DNA from: Lama glama
Taxonomy: Eukaryota
Reading direction: 5' to 3'
NCBI GenBank assembly: GCA_028534125.1
Contig: CM052832.1
Coordinates: forward strand, 21,950,001 to 22,014,000
DNA length: 64,000 bases
The first letter of the stretch is position 1; each line of letters begins with the position of its first letter. Positions 1 to 14,304 of this stretch are shown here, in pieces. The translations under genes and the position numbers were made by a program. Under the pieces are notes generated by a model. That model saw only the letters and a list, made by a program, of their open reading frames with translations. It ran no database searches and was not told the origin of the DNA.

Positions 1-19
1 TGTCTGCTAGAAACATATC

Positions 20-230
20 TACTCATTCATTCACTCATTCCCTCCAGGGCATTGGGTGCGGTGCTGGGAACACAAAGACAAAGCACCACCTGACAGAGGT
101 GACAGGAATCCCCACAGAGGGCTGGAGTGCAGCACACTGGCAGGTTCACGGGCCAGGGCAGCACCAGGGAGGCACAGAGGAGGGGAGGACTGCCTCTAAA
201 GGCCGAGGCTTTTCTGGAGTCCACAGGCAG
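20..230 (-). mobile_element. L2 3' fragment
   Basis: CATTCATTCACTCATTC followed by GTGCTGGGAACACA. Confidence 0.5.
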
Positions 231-3200
231 AAAAGAAGAATGAAAAGCAGCCTGCTGCCTAACCCGCGCTACATAGGTCCGCGAGCTGCAGCTGGACCAG
301 TCATGCTGTATTTCTCAGTCTGGGTAAGGAGCCTATGGCTGTTCTGTATCTCATTCTTTGAGCCCTTCTCTCTTTTGAGTATTTCCTAACGAAAAATTTT
401 AATGCGGTCCACCGAGTAGTGCCTGGAGACTTGGAAAACCTGGACCAGCAGCAACTTCTCCCACAACCAAGAGCCTCGAGTTGCCAGGGTGAGCTAGTCA
501 GGAGGGAAAGGAAATGGGGATGAGAGGTGGGCTCTGGAGTTCTCTGGTGATGGCTGTGTGGGAGGCCTGGGAAGGCACCAGGGGCACAGAATGTGTTTCA
601 ACTTCATTTTAAACATCCATGGGAAAAAAACCAGAGTATATACCTTTGCCATAGAAAAAACTGTTTATCACAAACAACTAACTCCATTCACTGTGATCTC
701 TATTCTCGCAGCAAACATTACTGAACACTTGCCCATGCCACACATGTCCAGAGAAAAGAAAGCTCCTGCCATCCAACCGGAGGGGTGACTCAGGTGAGCC
801 AACTTCCGGAGGGCAACAAGTAGACTCCACAGCAAGGACTGACCAAGATGCGGTGCAAGGCGGGCGACAGGGAACGTGGGGAAACAGCAAGTGCTCATGA
901 CGTCTACCATCTTCACAGGTCACCCCCAAAACTTTGGGATTTTGCAAAAACATGACAAAGAAAATACATTTTTAATGTTTCTAATTATTAAGAAATAATG
1001 TTCCTGTGCTCCATAATACCTGATATCAAAGGGTATGAGATTTTCAGTAATGATGCAACACCCATTGTTCTCTCGTTCCGTAAACAAGTAATCACATCAT
1101 CCCACTGGCTCCTCCTAACAGGAAAAGAACTGACAAAACCCTGGAACTCACTTAAAAGTTCAAAGTGCCACTCCCATGCTGAAATAATACTGCCTTAAGT
1201 CAAAATGACTGACGGGCAAGGGCTACAGCCTTTAAGCAAAGGCAGACTTTTCTCCACTGGAGTGGCTGTGTCATGTGTTTACATGTATAATATAACTCAA
1301 TTCCTTATTCTCCTTCCACTGTTCTCATAGACGCTAAATGGTCAACCTTCCAAGCAATTTTTTGGAATCTTCATTTTTCCATCCTAAGAAAACTGTTTGA
1401 TTCAAAATAAACTGCACATACACAGACACATATATAGAGAGCTAAATGAATCTAAGGTACTTTCGAGATTAACTTTTTTAATTGACTTTCCTCTCCTTCC
1501 TCCAACCCTCCTGTATTCCAGTACACTGTAAGAAGAATGCCACTGTGTACACACCTCCTTCTTCTTGCACTTGAGTTTAAAGGTAGGGGGCAAGACAGAT
1601 TTGTGATGTTTTGACAGAGTGAGTTGCCATGGAAATGACTGGCTTGTTCCTTATGAAGCACCGTGACCTTGTGGCAAATGAAAAAGGAATAGGATGATTT
1701 CTGAGGATTCAATTCAGAGAAAAATTAATAGCTAGGAAAAAAAAATTCAAAAACTGAACAATCTGAAAAATACTGGAATGTCAAGAATTATACTGAAATA
1801 TTTTCAAAAACTTACAAAAGCCTGCCCTCCAAAACAGGAACCTTATCATCAAGAAGGAAGATATAATATTAATGTGAAGATAAACCATTCAAGTAACAGG
1901 GACCTGCAGTTTCTAAATAAATACATCATACCCTCAATCCTGATAGACTACAAGCAAAATCCTATGACTTTCTGTGGGTACATTATAAAATTAAATTCCC
2001 ACCGTACTTTTTCCCTTCCAAAAAGCAGCCTGCTTTTTTTTTCCTTTTCTTTCTTTTCTTTTTTTTTTTTTTTGGTGCCCCTGTTTATACAGCTTATCCC
2101 TTATCACACTGACAAGACTGGGAACCACAGCAGATGGTCCCCCTAGACATAATTCTAACAGGTTTTTTGTGCAAACAAAAGATAAAGAAGGCTATAGCAA
2201 TGATTTACTGATATCTAAAGTTGAAAACTGACAAAACACAAACTGCTTTTTTCTTACTATTTGAACTGTTTATCCTTTAAACCACTAAGACAGATATGGC
2301 CAAAATTAAATATGATTTCAAACTACAAAACCAAATACCCAGTTTTAATAGCCATTAAGTTGTCTCTGAGTTATCTTCATGTCCTAAATCACAGTTTTAA
2401 AAAACACTATTTACCATTCCCTTTGTACCAGCAAAAGGGGAAAATATTTGTAAATTTCTGACTTATAAATCCTACTTAGTCGCGAAATAAGCTACACATC
2501 TGGATTTTTCTTAAGCCAGAAAAATGTATTTGAATTGAAAATTTCAAAATATTTTCCCCAAGGATAACTAAAGCATGAATTAACTGAACCAAATCTGGAA
2601 TCTCAGTTGTAGAACTAAGTCTATTCTATTTCAAAATAATCTACCGATGGAATATAACACAAAACCAAATGGAAAGTGTCTCCAAAATTACTCATCCTTC
2701 AAGATTAAGGAGTGTTTACACATCATAAAACAGAAGCTCCCTCATGACAATCTAATTGCAAAGAGCACTGTTTTTTATGGTATACCTGAAAATCCAGCAA
2801 GAGCCCCCAACGATAATTTATAATGAAACTGACAAGCATCTGAAATAAACTACCCAGACATTAAGCAAAAATACACCAGACAGACCCACAGGGCTCTTTT
2901 AATGTAGGTCATGATTGTCAGACCATAGCAAAAACATAGTGACCCTTGATAAAAATTAACCTTGATTATATGTAATCATGCACATATTTTGCTCAGTAAC
3001 CAACCCTCTGAAGTAAGCTCATAAAGCTGCAAGAAGTGGATACCACAGTCTGCTGTGAACTACTTTTCCCCAAAGAAAATGTCTGCCTTGTCATCAGTGG
3101 AGGTATATGCGTAACTCCCAACAAAACAGTCCAAGACCTCTGGGGACTCCACGGTAGCTCCCACCTTCTGAGAGGTCTCATTACTTCAACAAAATGCACT

Positions 3201-6200
3201 TATTCTACAGTGTGTTTGTACAGATCTTCACGACTGCATAAAAACCTGCATGTGCACATATTCCAGCTCAACTCCCCAACCTTCCTAAAGATAGAATATG
3301 GCTGGGTTTTTTGGTTGAAAAATTAAAAAAGAAAGCAAATTAAAAGCAGATCAGGAATAACAGGCCCAATTACATAACCTCTTATATGGTCTCTTTTCGT
3401 AGAAATCACTCACCAAGTCTCTGACTGGCAGAGAGGCAGTGTTCAAGTGATGATTTTTCAATTAATCCAAGCTAATATAACCTCTTCTGAAACCTTACAG
3501 GAGGACAAAAATTCCCCATGCAGCAGAAGGAAGATGTTATGATATAGACAATTTATCCACAGCTAGTTAATTCAGGTAGTGACCGCATAATACTAATCAA
3601 GCCAGTGTTGTAAATTTAAACCAGTATGAGCCAGCTAGTCATACTGCCTTCCGGAGCAGCCACAAAGCAGATGTGTAATTCTGCCAGCCAGCCATCACAC
3701 ATGAGAACTGAAAACAGGACCCAGCCGAAGACTATGCTCAAATCAGTGCAAATCTATTACTACTGGAAGAGCACTGGGTCAAAAAGTTCATCTCTGGAGG
3801 GCATACATTATTCAATAGAAACAATAGGTGTTCTCTGTACAATGTTTCCAAATCCAATCTAAATCCCCTGCACCAAAAGAAAAGCACATAATTCTCTCAT
3901 GTAGGAATAGCCAAGATCCAGGATACTAAAACTGCATTAAGGATAATCTAACAGTTGTTATTTGATGGTCTACATCCTCAAACAAATATTTTATTTATTT
4001 CTAAACAGAAAATAAAATTCTGTCAGACACAGAAGAAACCTAATTTTGATTTTTACAGCAAAAGTATGGCATTTATTATAACTCTAAGACAAAAATAAAA
4101 AGCACCATGCTGATGTAAGAGATATAATTTAAAACAAATGCAGCTATTTTTTTAAAACACATATTAGGTTCACTTCCATCTGCCATCTTTTTGGAGGATG
4201 AAAACCTCCCTAGCTGAAATATGTTTGCTAATAAATATAACTTGAGATTTTTCTTTGAAATTAAACTGTAACAGTGTTATGAAAACTGTCTTGTTTGCAG
4301 ACGGCACCAATCACATCCCATTCTCATTATGGTCACTATACATATATTCTTAATACGTAAATAATAAACACTGACAAGCTAGGTGAAATACTAACAACAA
4401 TGGATTCCACGATGGAAATTTTCCATCTGAAAAAGCAGATCTAACATACTTTTTTTTAAAAAAGGCAAACAGGAAGTGTGTAACAATGAGTTGTGCAACG
4501 TGGTCCTTAAAATCCTGAACTCACTGAATGTCATCATATTAGTAGGAGACTCTGGCTACAAGCTAATTTAATACTTAAATGTTAATATAATTTTCCCATG
4601 GCTACATCTGCCATGAATTTTTTTTAACCAATAAAAGGTTAGCCAATGGTACATAAAGGAGAAAAGAAAAATCCTCCAGTAATATTCTTGTTACATAGTC
4701 ACAAATACACATTATTTCCAGGCCTGATTTACTAAAAATTACTATCAAAAATTTGTGATTTGAGCAGAAATAAAGGAACTAGCTTAATAAAAAAAAATCT
4801 AAGATTAACATAACTGAAATTAGGCTACTTTTGCCAGCCACAAACATACAAAAACAATGTAATTTTACTTAAAACATGCAAGACCAAGTCCTAAAATAAT
4901 TAATTTCTTTAGCCACCGTAAGACAAGCGAGTCACAAAAATAGCTGGATAAATCTTGTTACAAACACTGCAATGTGGACCCATACATATGATAAATAAAG
5001 TATAAGAAAGCACTCAGCATTTCTATGTAAACTGCTTCTGAAGGATTATTATGGAATGCACACACTGGCTGAACTTAAAGTGTTGGGGTTTTAAACATTA
5101 ATTTACTTTGACTATGTGCATGTCAAAATGAAAGATTGCTGTCTGGATCCAGACATGCCGTATTAATATTGAACACAGGCATTCACTTCAGGTCAGTAGT
5201 CACTCCAAGCCTACTTCAGCAGGTGGTCAAAATAATGTACTCATTAAAATGTATGTGTTACAAGGTTATCTCTCCAAAACAGCTCTCAAATAGAGGTAGC
5301 CTTGAAACTTAAGCATTAGATATGCTAGAACCAACCTCTAATTGTCACAGGTCTGGAGAAAATTGAACTTACTCTCGCTCCCTAATAACCAATAAATTTA
5401 GTTGCTTTCGTCAGTATCTTGGGAAAAGTCAGAGTTTTAAATTCTATGACACTAACCTGGCTGCCTCCAATGGACTTAAACGCTCTTGCCCCAACCTGCA
5501 CAGGCAGGGTATCGTTTTAGATACAGAAGCCAATCTGAGAGTTTTCTTCATTTTGGATGCCTCAAAGTATTTAATTAACTAAAAATGTACTCCTTTCACT
5601 TCAATTAACTCTATTCAAATTATCTTCCCCTTTCGTGAGATAATGAATTTCGGTTCTCCAGACTAAAAGCATAAAGCTCAAAGATATTAGAGCTGACTCA
5701 AACCAAAGAGGTTCCCCTTCCCAACCATATAAAAAGCTACATCTGACCTTCACCGTATATAACAGCATGAGTAACTACACCCAAAAAGCTCAAATACTTT
5801 TTTTTTTTCATTACTTTTCAATGTCAGGGAGAAGTCTTTTCCATTTATACCTGGCACACCTAAGTATCAACAAGATCATTCTCTAGCCGCCTTTCACTTC
5901 ACTCCCAAGTCATCTAATTACTTCCACTAACAGATAATTTACTTCTTTTTTTTAATAACCTTTTTAACATGTATAAACTATGTTCTTTACAACTTGTTTT
6001 TTCCCCCCAAAAATACTGATCCAGTTTATATATAAGCAAGCAAAAAAGGTCCCAAAATTTGTCAGTAATTATTTCACATTGCTTCATTTCCTCATTATCC
6101 ACCCAATTACCACCCATTATCCACCCGGGAAGACCAGGGAGAGGGACAGGGCAGCAGAGACAGGGCAACAGAAGTCTCCTTACAGGAACGAGACCCTTCC

Positions 6201-8679
6201 TGCCTTGTCCTTGATGAATACACAGCACCACAGGCACATGCTGAATATCTAATGAATAAATGAATTTATAAAGAACCAGCGAGCACTGGGGTACAACTCA
6301 CTCATTTTAGATGTAAGTAAACTGAAACCCAGACAGATTAGAAGGCGTGGCTACTATCACAAGGCAAGCTGGTCAGCCTCGCAGAGTCTAACTCAACGGA
6401 CACCGCTTTATCGTCGACCTTCCTTGTTCCTTCCCTTACCTTCAGTACTTGTTAAGCTCAACACAGCCCTTTTTCTAGAGATTTACATACTTTTCCCTTT
6501 CTAGAAATACAGGTGGCAAGTAGTCCCTCCCCAGTCAGGGGGTTAATATTTCTAAAGATTTCCATAGCGGGAGAATACATTTGGGGGGAATTTAAGATCC
6601 AGCTGGAAGACAGGATAGCGAGACCAAAGGTAGAAAAAAAACCCAGGGAACCCCTATCAATTTTTGTTAAACTGACTACAACCTAATACAGACATCACAC
6701 TGAAAGAAAGGACGATAAGTGACATTTTACTCTTTTGTGTTTGTAACGACAAGTACTGCGCTTTTCAGGTTCTCTAACCATCCCTCGCTTTTGAGAAAAC
6801 TCAGTATGGCCCTTCTACAGTTTCATTCAAATGTCAGTAACCTTTCTTGTACTTGCAGCAGATAAGATGCATTTTAAGAGTGTATCCAAACAATTAAATC
6901 CAATGGATTCCTTTTTTACTGCAATAGATTTCCATGGGGTGGGGGTGGGGGGGGTCCCACAAGGTCCCAGGGACCCTCCAGCAGGGATCTCAGCTTCCTT
7001 CCAGTGCTCAGATACAAGATGACTAGGGCCCAAAGTATCCCTCTCTTCCAGGCTGAAAGGTTAAAACCTCTACATATGATCTATGAGCCATTTTTCTTCC
7101 TTTTTAAAGTCTAAACCTCCATTTCCTCTTTTCTAAATTACCTTAAAAGAGAGTGACTTAAATACACCTAAGGAAAAAATTCTAATGGTCCTGAAAGATT
7201 ATATAAAACTAAATTTGATACAGTCTACTGGAACTTCACACAAAGGAAAATCATACTGAGAGTGAGGGGAAGTCTTCAAATCTGGTAGCATATTCAGAAA
7301 AGATTTTTCCATCCTCTATGACATCTTTAGGTTTAAAACAGCACAGTATCAGAATGAAGCATTCTAGTAATACTAATCAGTATGACATGCTTAGACTTAT
7401 CAAGTGGTCCATGACCTACAACATAACGAAATCTAACTAACTCCAAACGTCTTTGACCAAAGTAAAAGCATTTCTTTGGCAGGTGGCAGAAGGAATGATG
7501 CGTCAGGAAGAAATACTCACCATGGCCAGATGCCTTAAGGTATCACCAGTAGAAACAGGAAAATTAAAAGAACCAATTGAGGAAACTAACAAAGAACAAT
7601 GAGCCTATTCTGTTCAGTCACTTTAAGCAGGAAATCTACACTTAAGGTGCCCATAAATCCAACATTTGTAAAGCACCAATAAGGCCATTTACTACTGGCA
7701 GGCTCCTAAGGAGGTCTCAAAAAACCTATGAAAGACTACATGACCCAGAATAATGCTAAATTTAATTCTTTCAGGTGGTACGAAATCATCAGTGGTTTAC
7801 ACCTAACAGTAAAAGGCAGGGCATCACAAGTGAGAAACCACCTCTGTACTTTATATAATCACTCAGCAAATTTTACCTGTTTCTCATGAATGACATAAAT
7901 ATTGATACAAATTCATTCAAGAACCATGAGCTGAGTGCTTATTACAGACCAAATACGGTAGTATGTTCTCTGAATATAAGAAAAAAGGGCTATCTCTGTA
8001 CTCAAGTTCAGTTTTACAGGAGAGAAAGACATGTAAAGAAATAATTCCAATAGAGTCTAATGAGTGCTACAAGCAGAGTAAAGGTAACCTTGGTCGTAGG
8101 AGTGTGTTAAGTAAAAGCCTGATTTGATATGGGGGAAGGGGGTGGACAGGGTAAGAAGGAATGGAATTAGACATGGAAGAGAAGGATTCCACATCTGACA
8201 TTTCTTAACCTAGTGCTTTAGCTCTTTCAAAGTGAGACAATGTACGTGAAAAAACATGACCTGTCCACCTGTCATGTTATTCCTCACACTTCTGGAATAA
8301 GCAAGATGGTTATTTCACAGAAGAGAATTAAAAAGCTGAAGAAGGTAAGTTCACTAATAATCAATGTCATCTTTGAAGTAAGACCTCAGATCTTCCAAAT
8401 TCTAATCCCTTATTCCTTCCATGAAATCGCTCCACTCTGCCTCACTGGTTCCCCAGAGAAGCCATGTGTTACACGTTACTTCAGTATCCTATCCTCATTT
8501 CCTAATGAACACTCACCATCAGAAAAAGATGTGCAAGAGAGAAATGCATAAAACTAAAAGACATTTAAATAGATTTAAATGAATTAAACAGGTTTAAATT
8601 AAATTTCATTAAGTTACCAATTCGTTTCAGAAACTCAAATTTAAAAAATATATAATGGAGAGTTTTCTTTATTAGTAAT

Positions 8680-8790
8680 TAATATAGTAACAGCTAACAT
8701 TTATCAACCATCTACTAATTTTCACAAGAACCCTGTAGCCCATTTTATAGACAAAGAATCATAGGCTCAGAGAGGTTTGAGAAATGCTTA
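8680..8790 (-). mobile_element. MIR fragment
   Basis: CCCATTTTATAGAC...AGGCTCAGAGAGGTT. Confidence 0.6.
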
Positions 8791-11700
8791 TTCAGTTATG
8801 CCAAGTACACTAATTTAAAAATTACACAAGTTTTTCAAATATTTGAATTGATCAGTGTCTTTCAGATCAAGATGAGGACCAAAATTGGGGTACAACAATT
8901 CTGAGGCAAAGTTAAAAAGGCATTACATTTTCAGATAAAGGGCTAACTATTAGAAGGAAAAAAAAATTCCCTGCTGTATACCTTTTATAGAAAGAATAAA
9001 ATAATTCCTAAGTTCCACTGGATGGAAGATAACTTAATTATATTTAAGTCACATAAATTATCTTCTAAGAATATTTTTATCTTAGTATTTTTAAAAAAAT
9101 ATTTTAGTTCTCTCACATTTTAAGCCTTGGTCATCCTACCCTGTTTTCACCATAAGGTCTTGAAATTTTCAATGACATACAGTATTTTCCTACCTTGGGC
9201 ACTTTTACACACATGACCCTCAAAGTTTACAGAATAGAAAAAGGGGTGTAATAAAATGGTTAACGTCTTCAAAACTGCCTTACAACATCTATCATTCCTT
9301 TGATATTCTCTGACATTTTTAAAAATTTAAAAATAAAATAAAAAGATGCTGATAAGCTCTTGCTTAATAAAACCAATGACCCAATTCTCTTTTCTAATTA
9401 AAAGCTGACAGTACTTGGGAGTACTTACTATTTTCAATGAATGTTCAGATGTAACAGTCTTATTAAAATTATGTCTATTTTACAAGTTCCTCCATTACTA
9501 ATGAATGCATGCTTAGAGAAATTGATTCTAAGATACACTTTTTTTGTTCTTTTCCAGTCCTTGACACAGAATGCTGAGTGGTACTGTGGACAAACAAGCG
9601 TATTCAACCAACACAGATGACTGAAATTACAAAGCTATAACATATTAACATATCTAGGCCACATAGAAGGGTCATAAGGTAAGATCATCAGCATAAATTA
9701 GCACATTATTATAAGGCATCTAAAGAAGCCAGACAAAATCTGCATGATAGATCTTTTCTTCATAACAAATACATAATGTCTTTGACTGGATTTCTATTAA
9801 TCACAAGTATTATTTCGAAAAAAAAATTGCTTGTATAATATTACATTTAGTGCTTCGGCTCCAACCCTGAGAAGCAAACATGAAATTATGGGGAGCCTGG
9901 GGAGAGGCTATGGAGTGGGGGGGCTGGTTCAAAGTATTTTGGGGACACTTAGCTGTCTTTCTCAGTTTCATGTCCAAAATCAACCTATTTTTTTAAGTTA
10001 TGCTGAGTGCATTTTTGCTTCTTCTAATTTCCTTACAAAAATCTGTAAACACAAAAGGAATTCAGGAAAATAATCTTTTTTATTTACCAAAACCATGAAA
10101 CTTTATATCTGCAAAAAAAAAACTACGTAAAAGACCAGATCGGTTTCTTGCTAGGTAATTAAAACACTTCTTAAATCTCTACAATAAGAGTATCCTAAGA
10201 GTATGGGCTTTCTGAAGTACTAAGGTATCACAATACTTTCCTTCTATTTTTTATACTATTCATAGCTCACAGAACAATTGTCAAATACTGGAAGAAAATG
10301 TCTAAGTGATAGTCTTCGGCTACTAAAACAGTTGCTAAATAATCAAATCCTCCTTTAACTATGCATTTTTAAATAATTCAGACAAATCACATATGAATCA
10401 TATTACTAGCAAAACAAAAGCAGCAGTAAGAGTGAACATTTAACTGTAAGCACATACACTCTCACGAACATAAAAAACCCCTGTAACTGCCAAGTGTGTC
10501 TTCACTTCCCCCAAACTACATACATTCAGTAACAGACTGTCACTTCAGAGTGACAAGGGTGAATTTTTAATGTAAGATGTAAACTCTTTATTTCTATGGA
10601 TTAGTACCTTAAAAACTGATACTTAAGGGAAAAATACTGAAATGTAGTAGTTCTGCTAACTTGAAACATCTACTTTTAAAGAAAGAAAACAGTGGAAGGA
10701 AACCTAAAATTATCTTAGATTTCTTCATCTTACCCCCAAAACAAGAGTCAAGCATTTTACAATATTAGTAACAGCAGCATTTTGTGCTGCTCTACTTCCA
10801 GTAAAAATCACTGGCAAATTCTATTTATACTCAAAAAACAACTACAGACAGCTTTGATTGCACATAAAAATATCCTAATTATATTATCTTCTTGGGTCAT
10901 AGTGGGATGTAATACACTCCATAAGTGAACAATCAGGAGGTTTTCACCTAACTGTATGGGTAATGTACTCACCACGTCCTATTATATAAATAATCCTCAC
11001 TTCAAGTCAAATTCATATTATCTAATTTTTGCATTCTCCACCGAAGGAAGCTATGCATAGAACCTCAATTCTCCTTTCATCACACTACTGCCAGTAGGAA
11101 ATTCAAGCAATGAAAGATTCTGCTAAATTTTCAAAGGTGCTTTTAACATAAAATAACTTTCCAGAATGGATAAACCTATGAGGTATGACCTAAAAGCCAC
11201 ATAAATCATTTATTTATGGCTGTTATGTTTTAATCACTGGATAGTTTTTAAAGGCTTAAAAAAATTAATGGTTTTTGCTATACAAAAGCAACTATGTTTT
11301 CCACGACACATTAGCTGTCACATTAATACAAGGTTTTATCATTAATTATACTGGATTATACAGGAGTTTATGTCTACAAAATAGCTGTTAAATATCTGAA
11401 TTTCCAAACCTTTCCAAAGTAAAAACAAAACCTGGTCCCAGTAAACCTTAGCTGAAATAAAAATCCATTTACAAAACAGAAAATTAAACGTAAAAAATAT
11501 AACCTCAATTTAATACATTTGCAGATAAAACATGCAACACATTTTTTATCAAAAAGCAAAATATTATACATATGTAAACAGCACCACCTTTTGGTATATT
11601 TAGGAACTGGGCTTCTAAATTGTATAAAAATATCCTTAAATGTAACAAAGATGACAGAGAGCAAAGCAAGGTATTAAAAAATCCATTGAAAAAAATAAAA

Positions 11701-13799
11701 ATTCAAAAAAAATCAGTTTACAATTTAATAACATTAAATTATAATAAATAAGTTATTTTTAAACATAAGTATTTTCAAAACCTAAAATACCTCATGTTTA
11801 TGTTTTCATTTTAATTTTATATGGCTGACAGCACCATTTCATTTCAAAGAAAACTGAGACTCAGAAAATTTTAATGCCTGACCCAAATATCCCTCAGTTA
11901 GAATGGCTGAGTCATTAGGAGCTTGAAATTGCTAGGTTTTAATTCCAGCATTAATCCCTCAATGAGTCAAATGCTCTAATTATCCTGTGTTATAAGTAAT
12001 GCACACATTGCTACACTGCATAAGATTTTACAAAATAATTTTATTATTTGTACAATGGTTTTTATATGTATTTGCAAGAAAAAGATATGTATGTTTAAAT
12101 TCTGACATGAAGACACACAAACGCTGACTACATTCACATAGCTGTTTACATTTCACCAACACAAAAACTCTTCACCCAGTACAGTACTCTCCCTATTTCT
12201 ATGCTGAAAGGAAAAAACCTTCACTGAAAACTGCAAAGCCTTCTCTGTTTTTTTTTTTTTTCCAGGAAAAAAAAAGCCCTTGTTTATGGCTTGCACATGA
12301 TTTGCAACTTTCCTAAGTCACAAGATAAAAGAGCTGCTACAAATGAGATGGAAATGAAAAGCTTCAAATATTCTCCCTAAAGCTTCTTTGCCTTAATTTG
12401 ATCTCATATTGAGATGTCTGAATAGCATTTTCAATGTGTTCTACTTTTACATCTTTCATTGATTTCCTGAATAGTTTTTTTTACCAGACCGTAACATATT
12501 TACTCTAGAACACTCTCACAGCTCCCTTATTTTTGTAAGCTAGCTAACAATTCAGCTCTCACATGGGAAAAAGAAAATATTCTCAATGATCTTATCTTCG
12601 ATTCGTTACCAAGAATTTTACTCTAAATGCAGTCGTCAAGTAGTTCTTTACAGAGATTTCAAAATCAGTTAATATGTAATGAATCCATCTTAAATTACTG
12701 TACACTGTCACTCAATTAAAAAGGAAGAAAAAAGACTGCAGCTTAAAAAAGATGGTAGCTAAAATGGTTACGGAAAACACTGAAAGAGTAAAAGCAAGTC
12801 AGAGGCATGGGCCCGACATACTACGTCTTCTGTGAAACAGAACTCCACCATCAAATGATCAACAATTAGACACTAACTCAGAAAATGTATTTATCAGTTC
12901 ATTAATTAGCCTCACCTCTTATTCATAACATAATCATGAAAAAGCACTGTATCAGACATAAAAATCAGTAAACTTCGCCATTTCTAAAAATGATTTAGTG
13001 GGAAAGACTGAATATAAACATGCTAAGAATAAATTTTTGAAGGATTCCATTTCACTCCACAGCTCTTTTTTCATCATTGGGAGGGCTGGATGCTCCCCTC
13101 AAGAGTAAACAACATTCCAGATCTTCTCTGGAGACTCTTAATTCCCTTCTCCTATTTCTGAATGGATGAAAATCCCATTCTGAAGGCCCTTCGTTGTATT
13201 TCTCTCTGCTTTATTCCCTGGTAGAGAGGGGAAAAAGAATGAGGAAGTGCCACCCTGTACCATGTTCCTCTTATTATCGCTGCAAATAACTCGTGTGACT
13301 ACAAGTAACGCTCCAGATCACTTCTCTCTCTCACAGGCACACATGCACATCATGGAAATATACATAACCAAATTTCATTAAATTTGGCGGAACATCAAAA
13401 TTTCTAATACTGAATTCAGTCCCATTAAATTGAAAGCAATTACTGCCTCCAATTTAATAAGAATGGATTAAATTAGATTTCTGAGTCAATATAATTTGTA
13501 GAGTCCGTGTCGGGAAAAGTGATAGCGTGTGTGAGGATCTGATCCAAGACATGTCAGGACTGCGCAGACTGGACTTGACAGCCACCTAAATAGGACTGTA
13601 AGGAAGAACTCAAGGGATTCACATAGACACACGATCACACACACATACCACACCACATTCAGTTAACCTTTAAAATACACTTTTTTTAATAAAGAATAAA
13701 GTTACTTCAGTGCATTACAACCAAAAAATTGTTTTCATGTGTTTACTAATATACACACAAAAAACACCTGAGTTCCTATTTTGTGCAAGATACTTAGTT

Positions 13800-14030
13800 T
13801 GATGATGATAATGATAATACCAAACACACACTGAACATTTATACATACTAACATTTAATCTTTAGGAAGGACTACTGTTGTCATCTACATTAAATAAATA
13901 AGGACACTGAAGCACAGAGGTATTGTCATTTGCCCAATACCAAACAGCTAACACACAGCAGTAGCTGGTTTTACAGTCTGGTCCAGTACTAAGAGCTGGC
14001 TATAGTCTGCTCTTAATCACTAAGCAACAG
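13800..14030 (-). mobile_element. MIR
   Basis: GACACTGAAGCACAGAGG...TTGCCCAA...GCTCTTAATCACT. Confidence 0.6.
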
Positions 14031-14276
14031 TGTCTCTGAGATGCCAAAGGTAGAAATGATTAAGATGGAAGTAACTCACACACCATGGGAGAGAACATGT
14101 GAAAAAGATAAATTAAATTACCCTAAGACAGGACGTAGCTGAGGTGCCACTCCCTCTGTCTCTAAGCCAGGGAAGTAAGCTGAAAGGTGGCAGTGTAAGT
14201 GGAGCTGCATCAAGTACAAGGAGTTAGGAAGGATGTAAAGTGATCAGATTAGGTCATCTCGTTACAGTCCCAATCA

Positions 14277-14304
14277 ACACACACACACACACACACACAC
14301 ACAC
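14277..14304. repeat. (AC)n microsatellite
   Basis: Directly visible. Confidence 0.95.

Noticed and set aside
668..953. Minus-strand ORFs as a further CDKAL1 exon
   Set aside because: No match to the expected next peptide (ENASDADLWLLNSC..., from recall); that exon lies beyond the window.
7521..7585. Possible cryptic 65-nt minus-strand exon (TTGTTCTTTGTTAG| ... ATG|GTGAGT)
   Set aside because: Such site pairs are common in long introns; no coding or other support.
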